Assembly: GCA_946616285.1 (NCBI GenBank)
Contig: CAMOIT010000001.1
Location: 32,530-96,529 of the forward strand
DNA length: 64,000 nucleotides
From: an uncultured Bacteroidales bacterium
Lineage (GTDB): Bacteria > Bacteroidota > Bacteroidia > Bacteroidales > UBA932
Reading direction: 5' to 3'
This document shows positions 9,518 to 21,100 of this stretch, one piece after another. The stretch's first letter is position 1. Each line of letters begins with the position of its first letter. The notes under the pieces are model-generated. The model saw only the letters and a program-made list of their open reading frames with translations, made no database searches and was not told the DNA's origin. A program made the position numbers and the translations under genes.

Positions 9518-11920
9518 CTACACTTCAAATTCGTACTGGTCTTCCGCGAGGTCCTCAATATCGACGGGCGTACCGGGGCTGGGAACCGTAACGTTACAGG
9601 TGGCGCTCTTGCCTCCTGCTTCGGCGGTAATCACGGCCTTGCCCGGGGCGATGGCCGTTACTACGCCTTCTGCACTGACGGTTGCCACGTTCTCATCGGA
9701 GGATGTCCAGGTGACAGTCTTGTCGTCGGCGTTTTCTGGATTCACAGTGGCGGTGAGAGTTTCGCTATCTCCGGCTTTAAGGGTGAGCGAAGTCTTGCTC
9801 AGAGTCACAGACTCGACAGGAACGTCCACGTGGGGCACGGTTACGGTACAGGTCGCGCTCTTATCCTCGGCGGTGGCGGTGATTATGGCCGTGCCTTCGG
9901 CGATGGCCGTCACTACGCCCTCGGAGGATACAGTGGCGACGCTTTCATCGGACGATGTCCATGTTACCTGAGGGTAGTCGGCATTATCGGGATTCACCGT
10001 GGCGGTCAGTTTCTCGGTGCTGCCGACAACTATCGTCGTTTCGGTCTTGTCCAGAGTGATGCTTTCCACAGGTACGTACACGTGGGGAACGGTTACCTTA
10101 CATTTGGCGCTCTTGCCTTCGGCTTTTGCCGTGATGGTGGCGGAGCCTTCGGCAATTGCTGTCACAACGCCGTCGGCGCTCACTGTCGCAACTTTCTCGT
10201 TGGACGAAGTCCATGTCACTTCCTGTACGTCGGCATTGGCGGGATTAATGGTTGCGACGAGAGTTTCGCTGGAGCCCACTTCAATAGTAGTTTCATTCTT
10301 GTTAAGGGTGACGCTCTCCACGGGGACGTACACGTGGGGGACGGTTACGGTGCAGGTCGCGCTCTTTGAACCGGACCTTGCAGTAATGGTGGCTGTGCCT
10401 TCAGCAATCGCTTTTACAAGACCGTCGGCGCTCACAGTTGCCACCGATTCGTCGGACGAGAACCAGCTCACGGAAGGATCGTCGGCGTCGGAAGGTGCCA
10501 CTGTGGCATTGAGTTTTTGGGTCTTGCCCACTTCCAGGGTTATTTCGGTCTTGTCCAGGGTGACGCTTTCCACGGGTACAGACACGTGCGGAACAGTTAC
10601 CGCGCAGGTGGCGCTCTTGTCCTCGGCGGTGGCGGTGATGGTGGCCGAACCTTCGGCAATAGCCGTCACGACGCCTTCAGACGACACCTTGGCGATGCTT
10701 TCGTCAGAAGAAGTCCAGGTGATCTGGGGATTATCTGCGTTGGCGGGATTGACGGTGGCATGGAGGGTTTCGCTTCCGCCGACCTCTATGGTGAGAGCAG
10801 TCTTATTAAGGGTAACGCTTTCCACGGGTACATATACGTGGGGCACGGTTACGGTGCAGCTTGCGCTCTTCCCGTCAGCGGTGGCGGTTATCACTGCAGT
10901 GCCTTCTGCTACTGCGGTAACGAGGCCGTCTTTGACTGTGGCCACAGCCTCGTCGGAAGAGGTCCAGGATACTTCCGGATTATCTGCGTCGGCGGGGTTC
11001 ACGGTGGCGGTGAGCTGCTCGGAATTACCAACCTCGATGGTCGTCTCAGTCTTGTCCAGTGTGACGCTCTCTACCGGTACGTATACGTGGGGCACGGTTA
11101 CGGTGCAGCTTGCGCTCTTGTCTCCTTCGGCAGTAGCGGTTATCACTGCCGTGCCTTCGGCGATTGCCGTTACGACGCCGTCCTTAACTGTGGCGACGCT
11201 CTCGTCGGAGCTGCTCCAGGTCACGGAAGGGTCGTCGGCGTTGGCGGGAAGCACGGTGGCAGTGAGTGTCTCGGAATTGCCCACAGCAATAGTCGTTTCC
11301 TTCTTGTTAAGGGTGATGCTCTCGACAGGTACCCATACATGGGGTACAGTGACGATACAGCTGGCACTCTTGTTTCCTGCTTTGGCGGTAATCACGGCCG
11401 TGCCTTCGGCAATTGCAGTTACAACTCCGTCCTTAACAGTGGCGATTGCCGCATCGGATGTGCTCCAGGTCACGGTCGGGTCATCGGCGTCGGCGGGGTT
11501 CACCGTTGCGGTAAGGGTTTCGGTATTGCCGACTTCTATGGTGGTTTCGGTCTTGTTCAGGCTTACGCTTTCCACAGGGATGGCTTTTCTTTTAACCGAC
11601 ACCGAGCATGTGGCCGATTTTTTACCGGCCTTGGCGGTGATTACGGCTGTACCTTCGGCGAGGCCGGTTACCTTGCCGCTATCGTCAACAGATGCTACTT
11701 CCGGCTTGGACGAAGACCATAGCGCCGTCTTGTCATTGGCGTTTTCAGGCCTCACCGATGCCTCCAGGGTATAGGTTTCGCCTATGTACAGGCCAATGAT
11801 GGAATTGTTCAGACTGACTGAAGTTACTTCAATTACAGGTGCGGGCTCCTCCTTTTTGCAGGAAACGGCAAGAATGGAAAGGGCTGCGCCAAGAATCAGG
11901 CCAAGTTTAACAGTTCTCAT
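9518..11920 (-). CDS. Lipoprotein with nine bacterial Ig-like (Big_2) repeats
   Basis: Lipobox AVSC; nine ~83-aa repeats VPVESVTL.KTE...TW.SSDE.VATV...G.VTAIAEG.A.ITA. Confidence 0.92.
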   Translation of the reverse strand: MRTVKLGLILGAALSILAVSCKKEEPAPVIEVTSVSLNNSIIGLYIGETYTLEASVRPENANDKTALWSSSKPEVASVDDSGKVTGLAEGTAVITAKAGKKSATCSVSVKRKAIPVESVSLNKTETTIEVGNTETLTATVNPADADDPTVTWSTSDAAIATVKDGVVTAIAEGTAVITAKAGNKSASCIVTVPHVWVPVESITLNKKETTIAVGNSETLTATVLPANADDPSVTWSSSDESVATVKDGVVTAIAEGTAVITATAEGDKSASCTVTVPHVYVPVESVTLDKTETTIEVGNSEQLTATVNPADADNPEVSWTSSDEAVATVKDGLVTAVAEGTAVITATADGKSASCTVTVPHVYVPVESVTLNKTALTIEVGGSETLHATVNPANADNPQITWTSSDESIAKVSSEGVVTAIAEGSATITATAEDKSATCAVTVPHVSVPVESVTLDKTEITLEVGKTQKLNATVAPSDADDPSVSWFSSDESVATVSADGLVKAIAEGTATITARSGSKSATCTVTVPHVYVPVESVTLNKNETTIEVGSSETLVATINPANADVQEVTWTSSNEKVATVSADGVVTAIAEGSATITAKAEGKSAKCKVTVPHVYVPVESITLDKTETTIVVGSTEKLTATVNPDNADYPQVTWTSSDESVATVSSEGVVTAIAEGTAIITATAEDKSATCTVTVPHVDVPVESVTLSKTSLTLKAGDSETLTATVNPENADDKTVTWTSSDENVATVSAEGVVTAIAPGKAVITAEAGGKSATCNVTVPSPGTPVDIEDLAEDQYEFEV

Positions 11921-11935
11921 ATCGCGTTGTTTTTA

Positions 11936-14305
11936 TTACCATGTGTACTGTACGGGGTTCAGGGGGTCGATGCTGCGGCCGCTGTCTCCTGTTGAGGGAC
12001 CTTCCGTCCTGTTGTATCGGAAACCTATGTAGTTCCATGCTGTGGGGAAGGAGCCGGAATCGGGATATATGATTGAAGGATCCAGATAGGCGCTCTGGGT
12101 GCCGGTCTGCAAGGCGGCATCGGGGATAAGGCGCACATAAACCTTTTCCTTTCCAAGCAGTTCTCCTGCAGGCAGGGCGATATTTATGGCCTTAAAGCCC
12201 GGGGTCTGCCAAAGCTGCGTTACAGGGCTGTCCTGGCATATTTCAGGAAGTGAATAGCGGGCAAGCTGCGTCCAGTTATTGCCGTCCAGAGAGTACTCAA
12301 CCCACCAGTAACGGGGGCCTTCAAGATATGTGGCTACGCCGTTGATCTTCTGTGTGGAAGAATAGAATCGATTCATGGACGATATCTGCATGCTCATGCT
12401 GCCTGACGATATCCCTTTAGTGGAGAACACGAAGGTCGTGTACTGGGGCTTTCCGTTACGGGCGGTGAGGTTCGTGGCCCATGCGCTTCCGGCGTCGGAG
12501 GGAACTTCTCCGTAGCCGTTTTTGTTCACGGAAGCAGCAAGGGAACTGCCTGCTCCGGTCCAGAAGGGACTCATCCAGTCGCTGCCGTCGGCAAGGATAA
12601 TTCCAAGGCCGTTTTCATTGCCCGTGGCATCGATGCCGGAGGGACCCAGATATGACCAGTCGGAGGCTGTGATTATAGGAAGTTTTCCAGCGCGACCGTC
12701 TTCGGAATAGGGTTTGGCGTCGGGATAAACAAAGCTGTAAGTGAAATAGGCTTTGGTGTCGCCGTCGGTGGCGTAATAACGCTCAAGGTTCTTAGCCGTG
12801 ATGTAACGCCATTCGCAGATAATCTCGGAGAAGGAGCCGCTCATTGTGGCTTTCATCCCGAAGTCCTCCCTTGAGGTGTGGCGCAGTTGATACCGGCCGA
12901 TATTTCCCCAGGTCTCGCTGTCGGCCGAAGAGCTGTCCATGTAGCAGAAGCGGGGGTAAAGCTCGTGTACAAGAACGCCGCTCATGGGACCGCTTCCCTG
13001 AGGGGCGGCCTTACCGTCTCGCCTGTAAGGGCATGTGACGTTGGTGTACACATACATGGAAGCGCCGGTTATGTCGCGTAACAGGATAGGGAATTTTGTT
13101 ATCTTGTTGGCGCCGGTTGCGCTGGTGTACTTCTCGCTGATTGGAGTGAGTGAGCCTTTGCGCACCGGAAGTTCGCAGTCAGGTATGGTGACATAGGTGA
13201 AAATATCGCGGTCCGACAGTTCTGCAATGCGTTTTTCCTTATGGGGGATGCCTTCCCTGCCAAGGTGTTCGCACTCTATTGCCATGTTGCCCTTCGCACC
13301 TGTGATGTAATAGTACACGGGATCGGTTTCGGGGTCGATTACGGCAGAACGGTACAGTGTGGCCCCGTTCAGGTTCATCTTCAGCTTGTCGCCCTGCAGG
13401 AAGCTGTTGTCCTGGGGCGTGCGCATCTGCACCCTTATGCCTGCGGAGCCGTCAAGGGCCTCAAGGTAAAGGGTGGACCATGCTACGTCGTAGTCGATGG
13501 ATGTAAGGCCGATCTGGCGGGGGTCGCCAGCGTTGCCTGAGGCTTTGTCGCTAACCACAATGCCCTCCACGGTAAGGTCCTCGGAAAGGTCGGCGCCCTC
13601 TTCCGTTGCCATTGCAAACAGCTGGGGGAAAGTTAGTTCCCGTCCTGCGGAATCGGAACTTGAAAGCTGGCTTATCTGGAAATCCTGCCTGTATGCGGTG
13701 CCGAATGCGTCGGTATAGCTCACGCTGGCCGAAGCCCGGCGCATCTGCTGCAGTGGATTGGCATTATAGCTGAAACTTATTGTGCCTGAAGACAGTTTCA
13801 CGTCGGTGATCCAGTCTTCGCCGCCTTCGCAGTACCAGTCAAGTACAAAGTCGGAATCCGGAATGTTGGTGTTCAGTTTCACCGATTGGCTTCCTCCCTT
13901 GGAACCGGGGAGCAACACCACGGGGGAATCCGCCCCCAGAGTGGGCTCCTTAACGCCCTTCTGCCTCAGGGTAAGGGTATCGCGATGGTTGGTTTCCTCG
14001 ATGGAAACCACCACCAGCCCCTTCCTGGGAAGGCCGTTGTTGGCTCCGTAAGAAAGGGAGAAACCTTCCTTGCCTTCAGCTCCCGTTTCGGGGACTCTTA
14101 CCCAGTCCGCCTCGGTGGATATGGCATAGCTACGGGTGGCTATTACTGCCACGTCAAGGCTGCCTGCGCCGCTTTCAAGGTCCACTGTCTTAACGGGATA
14201 CCCAAGGCCCGAGCCTTTGTAAATCGTGCGCTCGGAAGGATCCTTGATGCAGGACAGGGCTGCTGCTGCGGCTACTGCGTATAATATGATTCTTGCTGTC
14301 TTCAT
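11936..14305 (-). CDS. Lipoprotein with BACON domains and a DUF5689-like domain
   Basis: Lipobox ALSC; BACON-like W..N...R motifs; VEGIVVSD..SGN OB-fold-like segment typical of DUF5689 proteins beside SusC/D. Confidence 0.7.
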   Translation of the reverse strand: MKTARIILYAVAAAAALSCIKDPSERTIYKGSGLGYPVKTVDLESGAGSLDVAVIATRSYAISTEADWVRVPETGAEGKEGFSLSYGANNGLPRKGLVVVSIEETNHRDTLTLRQKGVKEPTLGADSPVVLLPGSKGGSQSVKLNTNIPDSDFVLDWYCEGGEDWITDVKLSSGTISFSYNANPLQQMRRASASVSYTDAFGTAYRQDFQISQLSSSDSAGRELTFPQLFAMATEEGADLSEDLTVEGIVVSDKASGNAGDPRQIGLTSIDYDVAWSTLYLEALDGSAGIRVQMRTPQDNSFLQGDKLKMNLNGATLYRSAVIDPETDPVYYYITGAKGNMAIECEHLGREGIPHKEKRIAELSDRDIFTYVTIPDCELPVRKGSLTPISEKYTSATGANKITKFPILLRDITGASMYVYTNVTCPYRRDGKAAPQGSGPMSGVLVHELYPRFCYMDSSSADSETWGNIGRYQLRHTSREDFGMKATMSGSFSEIICEWRYITAKNLERYYATDGDTKAYFTYSFVYPDAKPYSEDGRAGKLPIITASDWSYLGPSGIDATGNENGLGIILADGSDWMSPFWTGAGSSLAASVNKNGYGEVPSDAGSAWATNLTARNGKPQYTTFVFSTKGISSGSMSMQISSMNRFYSSTQKINGVATYLEGPRYWWVEYSLDGNNWTQLARYSLPEICQDSPVTQLWQTPGFKAINIALPAGELLGKEKVYVRLIPDAALQTGTQSAYLDPSIIYPDSGSFPTAWNYIGFRYNRTEGPSTGDSGRSIDPLNPVQYTW

Positions 14306-14310
14306 TTGCA

Positions 14311-16641
14311 CTACTGGATTTTAACGCATCTTACGGTTCCGCCCCAACGCCTCTGGCAATAGTCGCTTTCAAGGCCTCTGTTGCCCACTTTCGAATGAAT
14401 ATGGAAACGGTACGAGCCGCGGAATTCGTCTTTGTAAGCAACCGGAGTGGATGTCCACATGCAGCCTTCGGCCGTCGAGGCCATTTCAGTTGTGGCGTGG
14501 AGAGTCCTGCGGTACCAGCCGCCGATGGGGAAGAGCACCTGGGCGCCATTGTCGTCGGCAATGGTAATGCCCTGCTTGGAGACGAAGTCTGCGGCCTTGA
14601 TGCGGTCCACCATGGTCTCGTATGCCTCCTTGGGGGCAACAGTCCAGCCATAAGGGCAGGGATTGGCGTTGGAGCCGGCGCTCCAGCGGTTGTCATCCTG
14701 TACCAGAAGCCAGTCTTCCTTGCCGGACGCGGCTGAGCCCCAATAATGCGTGGTGGGGTTGGCGTCGGCATCCTCGGGAGCCACGCCGTCCTGCGCCGTC
14801 GCCATCTTTATGGGATCAGGATACACCTTCCCGTGATTGGCCGACGAGGCTACGTTCAGGTCTTCCACCGGCGGGAACGGGTCTTTCCTGCCCCACTGGT
14901 AGTGCATGCCAACGGATGCGCTTGACGGAGCTTTGGCTATAGCCTCGGAAGCGCCAAGGTTGCGGTCCATCATGGTGAATGATCCGAAACTTCGCTCCTG
15001 CACTGCTTCGGCGGGGGCCCAGATATGGTAACTCCAGCAAACCTTGCCTTCGGCGTCCTGCACGGCCACGTGGGCGTTTCCGCTAATGTCTTCGCTCTTC
15101 CGGAAGTAAAGACGTCCGGTTTCAGGCGATATACCAAGGTATGATATCACGCCGGGAGCTGTCTGCCAAAGAACCGAGCAGCGTGTGATTCCATCGGCGG
15201 GTACGCTTCCGTCCGGGCGTCGGATATCAATTCCGTACATCCTTTCGGTCTTGCCGTCGATGAGGAAGCAGTTGGCGTATTTGCCGCCGGCCGTGAGCAT
15301 TTCGGCGTCGGTGGGAACGGAGAGCGAAATCTCTTCCATCTGGGCTACAGTGTGCTGTGAGGCCGATATTTCGGCTTTCGTACTTATGCTGCCGCTCCAG
15401 GAAGAAGTGGTTGCGCCCACCATGATTTTCCCGAGTTCTCCGGATGCTACTGCAAGGTAGAAGCTTGCGGGAAGGTCAAGGCCGCCTTCGGGAATAAGCA
15501 GGCTTATGCGGTTTGTGGCGCTTTCACCGGGAACGTATACCGGGCGGGATGCCTTGAAGCTAATTTTCCCTTCGCCGGCGATGGGGGAGTCGGCGTCAAT
15601 AGTGAAGTCAAGCAGCTTTCCGCTTCCCTGAATCTCCACTTTCAGCAGCGAGCAGGCCGATTCGAAGGCCAGTGCACCGGAAGTGGCAGGAGCGCTCATC
15701 AGGCCAAGGGGTGCTGCCAGCGAAGGGCTGGGGATGGGCGCCTGTTCAGCGGGTAGCGTGACCGACGCTACGCCTCCAACGAAGCCGGAGACAAAGTCGT
15801 CCGGATAAACCGCGCCGGCTATGCTGCCTTCCAGTTCATCCTTACTGTAGATGAAGGAACTTCCTTCAACGTAATCTGCCGGAATGATGCCCGTACCCTC
15901 GGAGGGGATTATTGCAATGCGGTCTCCGGAGGCCCAGGCGATGGTTTTTCCGTCAATTGGAGTCACGTCGGCCGATATGTTGGCGGGCTCGGCGTTGGAC
16001 TGGGTGATGGTGAAGGAAGCGCTCACGGGAGTGTCCCATCTGGCCATGGGGAAGGCCAGTAGGATGCGTGCCGTACGGGATGCCCCGCTTTCGTTGGCAT
16101 CGTAGGAGAAGGTGACGGCATCTCGTCCAACGTTTATGTCGTGAATCCAGCCTTCGCCTTCTTCGTACTGAAGCTGGAGCTGGTATCCGCCAAGCGTTTC
16201 ATCGTCAAGATTGGTTCCGGCAAGTATGCGGGACTGTCCGGCGGTTTTCATCACTACCTGGTTTTGCTTCGCCAGTGAGTAGATGCCTCCGTCTTTGAGC
16301 CCGCTTTCCTGCGACACATACATCTCGCGGTAAATTCCGTCGCCTTCGATAATCAGGTAAACACCGCGGGAAACGCCCTCGTTGGGGCTGGCGGTTACCA
16401 TGATCTGCTGATTACCGCTGCCGTTTTCGCGGGACAGTTCCAGCCACGGTGCGTTCTTTTCGAAATGGGCGCTCCAGTCTCCGCGGCAATAGACCATTAC
16501 GTAGTAGGAGTCGCCGGCGCTTTTGAAGCGCATCTCCTCGCGATTCAGTACCAGAGGAAGGTTCAGCTCGTAACGCTGCGTGCAGGCGGCCGAAATCAGA
16601 AGGACTGCCAGCAATGCTATTTTCTTTATCTTACAGTCCAT
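14311..16641 (-). CDS. Lipoprotein: BACON + pilin-like + Fib_succ_major-like C-terminal domain
   Basis: ISAAC lipobox; motifs ANCFLI, WSYHIW, MMDRNLGA, YQWGRKDPF, NPCPYGW and terminal VRCVK. Confidence 0.75.
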   Translation of the reverse strand: MDCKIKKIALLAVLLISAACTQRYELNLPLVLNREEMRFKSAGDSYYVMVYCRGDWSAHFEKNAPWLELSRENGSGNQQIMVTASPNEGVSRGVYLIIEGDGIYREMYVSQESGLKDGGIYSLAKQNQVVMKTAGQSRILAGTNLDDETLGGYQLQLQYEEGEGWIHDINVGRDAVTFSYDANESGASRTARILLAFPMARWDTPVSASFTITQSNAEPANISADVTPIDGKTIAWASGDRIAIIPSEGTGIIPADYVEGSSFIYSKDELEGSIAGAVYPDDFVSGFVGGVASVTLPAEQAPIPSPSLAAPLGLMSAPATSGALAFESACSLLKVEIQGSGKLLDFTIDADSPIAGEGKISFKASRPVYVPGESATNRISLLIPEGGLDLPASFYLAVASGELGKIMVGATTSSWSGSISTKAEISASQHTVAQMEEISLSVPTDAEMLTAGGKYANCFLIDGKTERMYGIDIRRPDGSVPADGITRCSVLWQTAPGVISYLGISPETGRLYFRKSEDISGNAHVAVQDAEGKVCWSYHIWAPAEAVQERSFGSFTMMDRNLGASEAIAKAPSSASVGMHYQWGRKDPFPPVEDLNVASSANHGKVYPDPIKMATAQDGVAPEDADANPTTHYWGSAASGKEDWLLVQDDNRWSAGSNANPCPYGWTVAPKEAYETMVDRIKAADFVSKQGITIADDNGAQVLFPIGGWYRRTLHATTEMASTAEGCMWTSTPVAYKDEFRGSYRFHIHSKVGNRGLESDYCQRRWGGTVRCVKIQ

Positions 16642-18166
16642 ACTCGTTGTATTCTTTATTGTCAAGGGCATAGCCCGAATTCTTCACCTGCTCGATGGGG
16701 ATGGGCAGGTAACGGTGGCAGCGCTTTGCGTGCGTAAGGTAGCCGAAGCTGTCCATTTCCGGCTGCCAGTATTCCTTGATGGCATCGTACCAGATTCCCC
16801 AGCGCACAAGGTCGAACTTTCTCTGGAACTCGCCGAAGAGCTCGCGGGCCCTTTCGTCACGGACTTCCTGCACAGCCTTTTCCCAGTTGCCTACGCTATA
16901 TGCCGGGAGTCCGGCGCGGGAGCGCACTGCGTTAAGGTTTTTCTCGAAATTCTCCTTGTCCTGTTTCGCGGCATAGCATTCAGCCAGCATAAGCAGGGCG
17001 TCTGCGTAGCGGAAAACGGGATAGTCATTGGAGTCGTTGGTGGTCTTCATCTCCGGGCACCAGAACTTGGGACCCATCCAGGGGCGGGAGATGCCGTTCG
17101 TGAAGGCTTTCCCTTCCCAGCGGCGGCCCTGGTTCACGTCCACGCGAAGGTCGGTGCCGTTATCGGGCTGTAGTGCTGCGTAGAAATAGGCCGTGGGGCG
17201 GTTGCAGGTGCCTACCTTGGCTTCCGTTCCCAGCCAGGGGATGGAAAGGCCGTCGTACAGGTTGGTGCTTGCCTTGTATGAAGGCATGCAGTTCTGCGCC
17301 AGGGTTCCGGCATAGGAAAGCTGGCCCTGGATGTAGGTATGACGCACTGCAAAAATGCGCTCAGGAGTGTCCTTTTCGCTGAACCAGAGGTCTTTCAGGG
17401 AGTACTTGGACAGGTCTCCGTATACAGGGACAAGCTGTTCCAGCGCGTCAATCGCTATCTGGAACCAGTCGATATCGTCCTTCGGATCCATGTAGGCGTT
17501 CCAAAGAGCGAGCTTTCCCACCAGCATCTGTCCCATGGCCCATCCGGCGCGGCCTTTATCTGCAATGTCAGAGGCCTTAATCTTTGGAAGGGCGTCAAGG
17601 CAGCCGTGCAGCTGGGCGATCAGGTCGGCCCTGGTGGCTACGGCATCCATACGCCCAAGGGACGCAATGCGGTCCATGGTCTCCTGGTCCACGATGTCGT
17701 CCAGATAGTATGGAACGTCGCCGAAGCAGGAGGTAAGAAGGTAGTACCAGAAGGCGCGCATTATCTTGGCTTCGGCAATAAGCTGCGCCTGGACCTCCGG
17801 GGCGATGGTTTCGCTGTTCTCAATTCCGGAAATTGCCGCGTTGCAGTACATAACGCTCTTGTAGGCCGTGCTCCAGACGGTCTTGGAGATATTGCACTGG
17901 CTGGGATTGATGTCCAGTATGGCGTTCACGTCCGAGAAGGACGGCACCATGGCGATATCCGTCACGCCCTCCAGATGGGTGAACAGCTGGGTGGAATATA
18001 CGGCCCTCAGCCCCTCGTAGCAGGAATTCACGGCCGTTACGCACTGGGCTTCGGTCTTGTAGTAGTTGTCGCGGTCCACGAATGAAGTGGGGTTCTCCTT
18101 CAGGAAACTGCAGGAGGAAGAAACTACAGCCGCTATGGCAAAGGATATTATCGTCAATCTTTTCAT
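16631..18166 (-). CDS. susD: RagB/SusD family outer-membrane lipoprotein
   Basis: Lipobox SSSC; EAKIMRAFWYY..FGDVPY, FRYADALLMLAE, LNAVRSRAGL, ERARELFGEFQRKFDLVRWG; directly downstream of susC. Confidence 0.95.
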   Translation of the reverse strand: MKRLTIISFAIAAVVSSSCSFLKENPTSFVDRDNYYKTEAQCVTAVNSCYEGLRAVYSTQLFTHLEGVTDIAMVPSFSDVNAILDINPSQCNISKTVWSTAYKSVMYCNAAISGIENSETIAPEVQAQLIAEAKIMRAFWYYLLTSCFGDVPYYLDDIVDQETMDRIASLGRMDAVATRADLIAQLHGCLDALPKIKASDIADKGRAGWAMGQMLVGKLALWNAYMDPKDDIDWFQIAIDALEQLVPVYGDLSKYSLKDLWFSEKDTPERIFAVRHTYIQGQLSYAGTLAQNCMPSYKASTNLYDGLSIPWLGTEAKVGTCNRPTAYFYAALQPDNGTDLRVDVNQGRRWEGKAFTNGISRPWMGPKFWCPEMKTTNDSNDYPVFRYADALLMLAECYAAKQDKENFEKNLNAVRSRAGLPAYSVGNWEKAVQEVRDERARELFGEFQRKFDLVRWGIWYDAIKEYWQPEMDSFGYLTHAKRCHRYLPIPIEQVKNSGYALDNKEYNEYGL

Positions 18167-18172
18167 AGGGCC

Positions 18173-21100
18173 TTAGAATTTAATTTGAATCAAGCCCACG
18201 ATCTTCCGTGGACGGGGATATGCGCCAATATCGGCCCTTCGGATGGTGGATTCCTGGTCTTCTACCTTAGAGGAAACGTCAGGGTCGAAGCCGTTGTAGC
18301 CGGTCCAGAGGTAAATGTTGTCGGCGCTGATGCCGAGCCTTATGGACTGCATCCATTTCACCTTTTTCATTTCAAAGGTGTAGGAAAGGCTGACGGTCTT
18401 CAGGCGGAGGAAGGAAGCGTCGTGCACCATGAAGTTGCTGGGGAGCATGCTGTAACCGCTGGCGCCAGCAGCCGGGATGTCCGAATTGGGATTACGGTAG
18501 GGATGCCAGCCGTTAAGCATGTAACGGTACTGGTTGGAGCAGTATGTTCCGGCCATGAAGAACTCCGAATAGTTGTAGATGCTTCCGCCCACAGAGTAGG
18601 AGAAGAACACGCCAAGGTCGAAGCCGAATATGTGGAAGTTGTTCTGGAGGCCGCCGTAAACTATGGGGTCGGCGTCTCCAAGGAAAACAAGGTCCTGGTT
18701 GTCCAGGATGCCGTTATGGTCCTGGTCAACGTAGCGGGGACGTCCGGCCTTGTAGGGCTTGGCGTAGAAGTCCACGTACTGGTGGGTGATATCGTTCTCC
18801 TCGACCTCCTCGGTGTTATGCCACACGCCGCCGTACTGGAAGCCCCAGAGGGAGTTCAGGGGATAGCCGGCGCGGTAGCCGTAAATCATGTAGCCCTTGT
18901 TTGGGTCGTTCATGGCAACGACTTCGCTTTCTCCGCCTATGTCTTCCACCATCTGTTTATTATGGGAAATAGTGAAGTCGGTGGTCCAGGAGAAGTTCTT
19001 GGTCACGATGTTCTTTGTGGAGAGCGAGAATTCCACGCCCTTGTTGGAAGTGCGTCCTAGGTTCTGAGTGTAGCGGCTGTAACCAGTCTGCTGGGCTTTC
19101 TGCACGTCCAGAAGGAGGTCATGGGTGTTCGCAAGGTATCCTTCCAGGGTGAATTTCAGACGGCCTTTCAAAACAGCAACGTCAAGGGCGGCGTTGTAAA
19201 GGTCGGTCTTTTCCCAGGTCAGGTTAGGGCTGTCCAGGCGGGATGGGTAGTAGTAGGTGGCCTGCCCGTCGCCAAGAAGGTAACCAGAGGTGGATGCGGA
19301 AAGCTGCTGCAGGGATTTGTAGGGAGACAGGGCGTCGTTACCGGTGCGTCCGGCGGAAAGGCGCAGTGCCAGTTCCTGGAAAACCCTCGTACGCTTTATC
19401 CAGGGCTCGTTTCCGGCGTTCCACTTGAAAGCGGCCGAAGGGAAGAAGCCCCACTTGTTGTTGGCTGCGAAGTTGGAGGAGCCGTCGGCCCTGCCGGTGA
19501 AGGTGAGGTAATAGCGTTTCTTATAGTTGTAGTTAACCCTGCCCATGAACGACATGCGCTTTACCTCGCTTTCAGAGGATGTGATGGTGTAGTTGTCCTT
19601 GTCTCCTATGGCGCTAAGGTTGTTCCAGGTTAGGTCGTCCACCAGCATGCCTTTACCCACAATCTGGTGCACTTCGTAACCCTTATAGTAAACAGACATG
19701 CCGCCCATAACGTCCAGATGGTGGTTCTTGCCAAAGTCGGTCTTGTAGGTTATGGTGTTGTCGGAGTTAAGCTGGGTGATGGCCGATGTGTTTCTGGTCA
19801 CTTCGCCTCCGGACGCAGCCAGGCGCCTTGCCGGCAGTGTTCCGGGCAGGTATTTGTAAAGGTCAGAATTGTATTGGTACCAGGTGTTGCGGCTCTTGAT
19901 GACAAGGCCTTTTATCGGTGTGAGTTCCAGCGCTATGGTGTGGGTATTGGATACGGTCTTTCTCTGGTTCGTGCTCTGGACGATGGAGAGGTAGGGGTTG
20001 TTGAAAGGCTGGCCCTGACCGTAGTTGTACAGGTCGTTTACCTCGCTGTCGGTTCCCAGGAGAGGGGAAATGTACACCGCCCCGCTCCAGATGCTTGAGC
20101 CGCCGATATTGGCTTTGTTATTGTTGGCTATGCGGTAAAGGGCCGATACGTTGTACTCCAGCTTGATCCAGTCGGCGAAGCGGTGGCTCAGGTTCAGGCG
20201 GCCGGTAAAGCGCCTGTTGCCGGAATCCAGCACGATGCCTTCGTCGTCGGCGTAGGAAACGGAGCCGAAGTAGTTGGTCTTCTTGTTGTTCCCGGCCACT
20301 GAAAGGGCATATTCCATGAAGGGGGCCACGCGGGTGATTGCTTTCACCCAGTCGGTGCCTTCGCCCAGGGCTTCCGGGTCGGCGTACTTGGATGTATAGC
20401 TGGGAGTTGCCGGATACACCATGCCGGTCGAGGACTTGGAGAAGTCTATTCGGTCGTTGTTGTATGTGGCGAACTCCTGCGCGTTCATCACGTCCAGGCT
20501 GCGGGCGAGGGATGAGAAGCCCAGTTTTGCCGTTGCGGTAACCGTGGCTTTAGTCTGCACCGTAGAACCCGCTTTGGTGGTGACGATGATTACTCCATTC
20601 GCGCCCTGAGCACCGTAGATGGCGGTTGAGGATGCGTCTTTAAGGACGGAGATGGACTCGATATCGGCCGAGTTCAGTTCTCCCAGGTCCTGGACTGCGT
20701 TCATCACTCCGTCCACCACTATCAGGGGTTCGTTGCCTGCGGTGATGGAGCGTGCGCCGCGGATGCGGATTGAGGTGCCTTCGTTGGGGTCGCCTGATAC
20801 GCTCACGATGTCGGCGCCTGCCACGCGGCCCTGCATGGCCTGGTCGACGGCCAGGGTAGGGGCGTTTTCAACGTCGGTCATCTTTACCGTTGCCACCGAG
20901 CCTGTGAGGTCGGTTTTCTTTTGCTCGCCGAAGCCTATCACCACTACTTCGTCCAGGAAGGTGGTGTCTTCTTCCAGGACTATCTCGAAGCGGCGCTGCT
21001 TGCCCACTTTCATCTTGACGGTCTTGTAGCCCATGGAGTCGAAGATGAGGACGGCGTCTTCGGACGGAACTTTCAGTGTGAAGTTACCGTCTCCTCCGCT

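Noticed and set aside
9332-11774. Long plus-strand ORFs (345, 591, 401 aa) and similar antisense ORFs elsewhere (33620-34858, 35949-37433, 25611-26954)
   Set aside because: They are shadow frames of GC-rich, codon-biased real genes on the opposite strand.
14311-14500. Diversity-generating retroelement target (C-terminus ...GTVRCVK)
   Set aside because: No template repeat with adenine-specific differences and no reverse transcriptase in the window.
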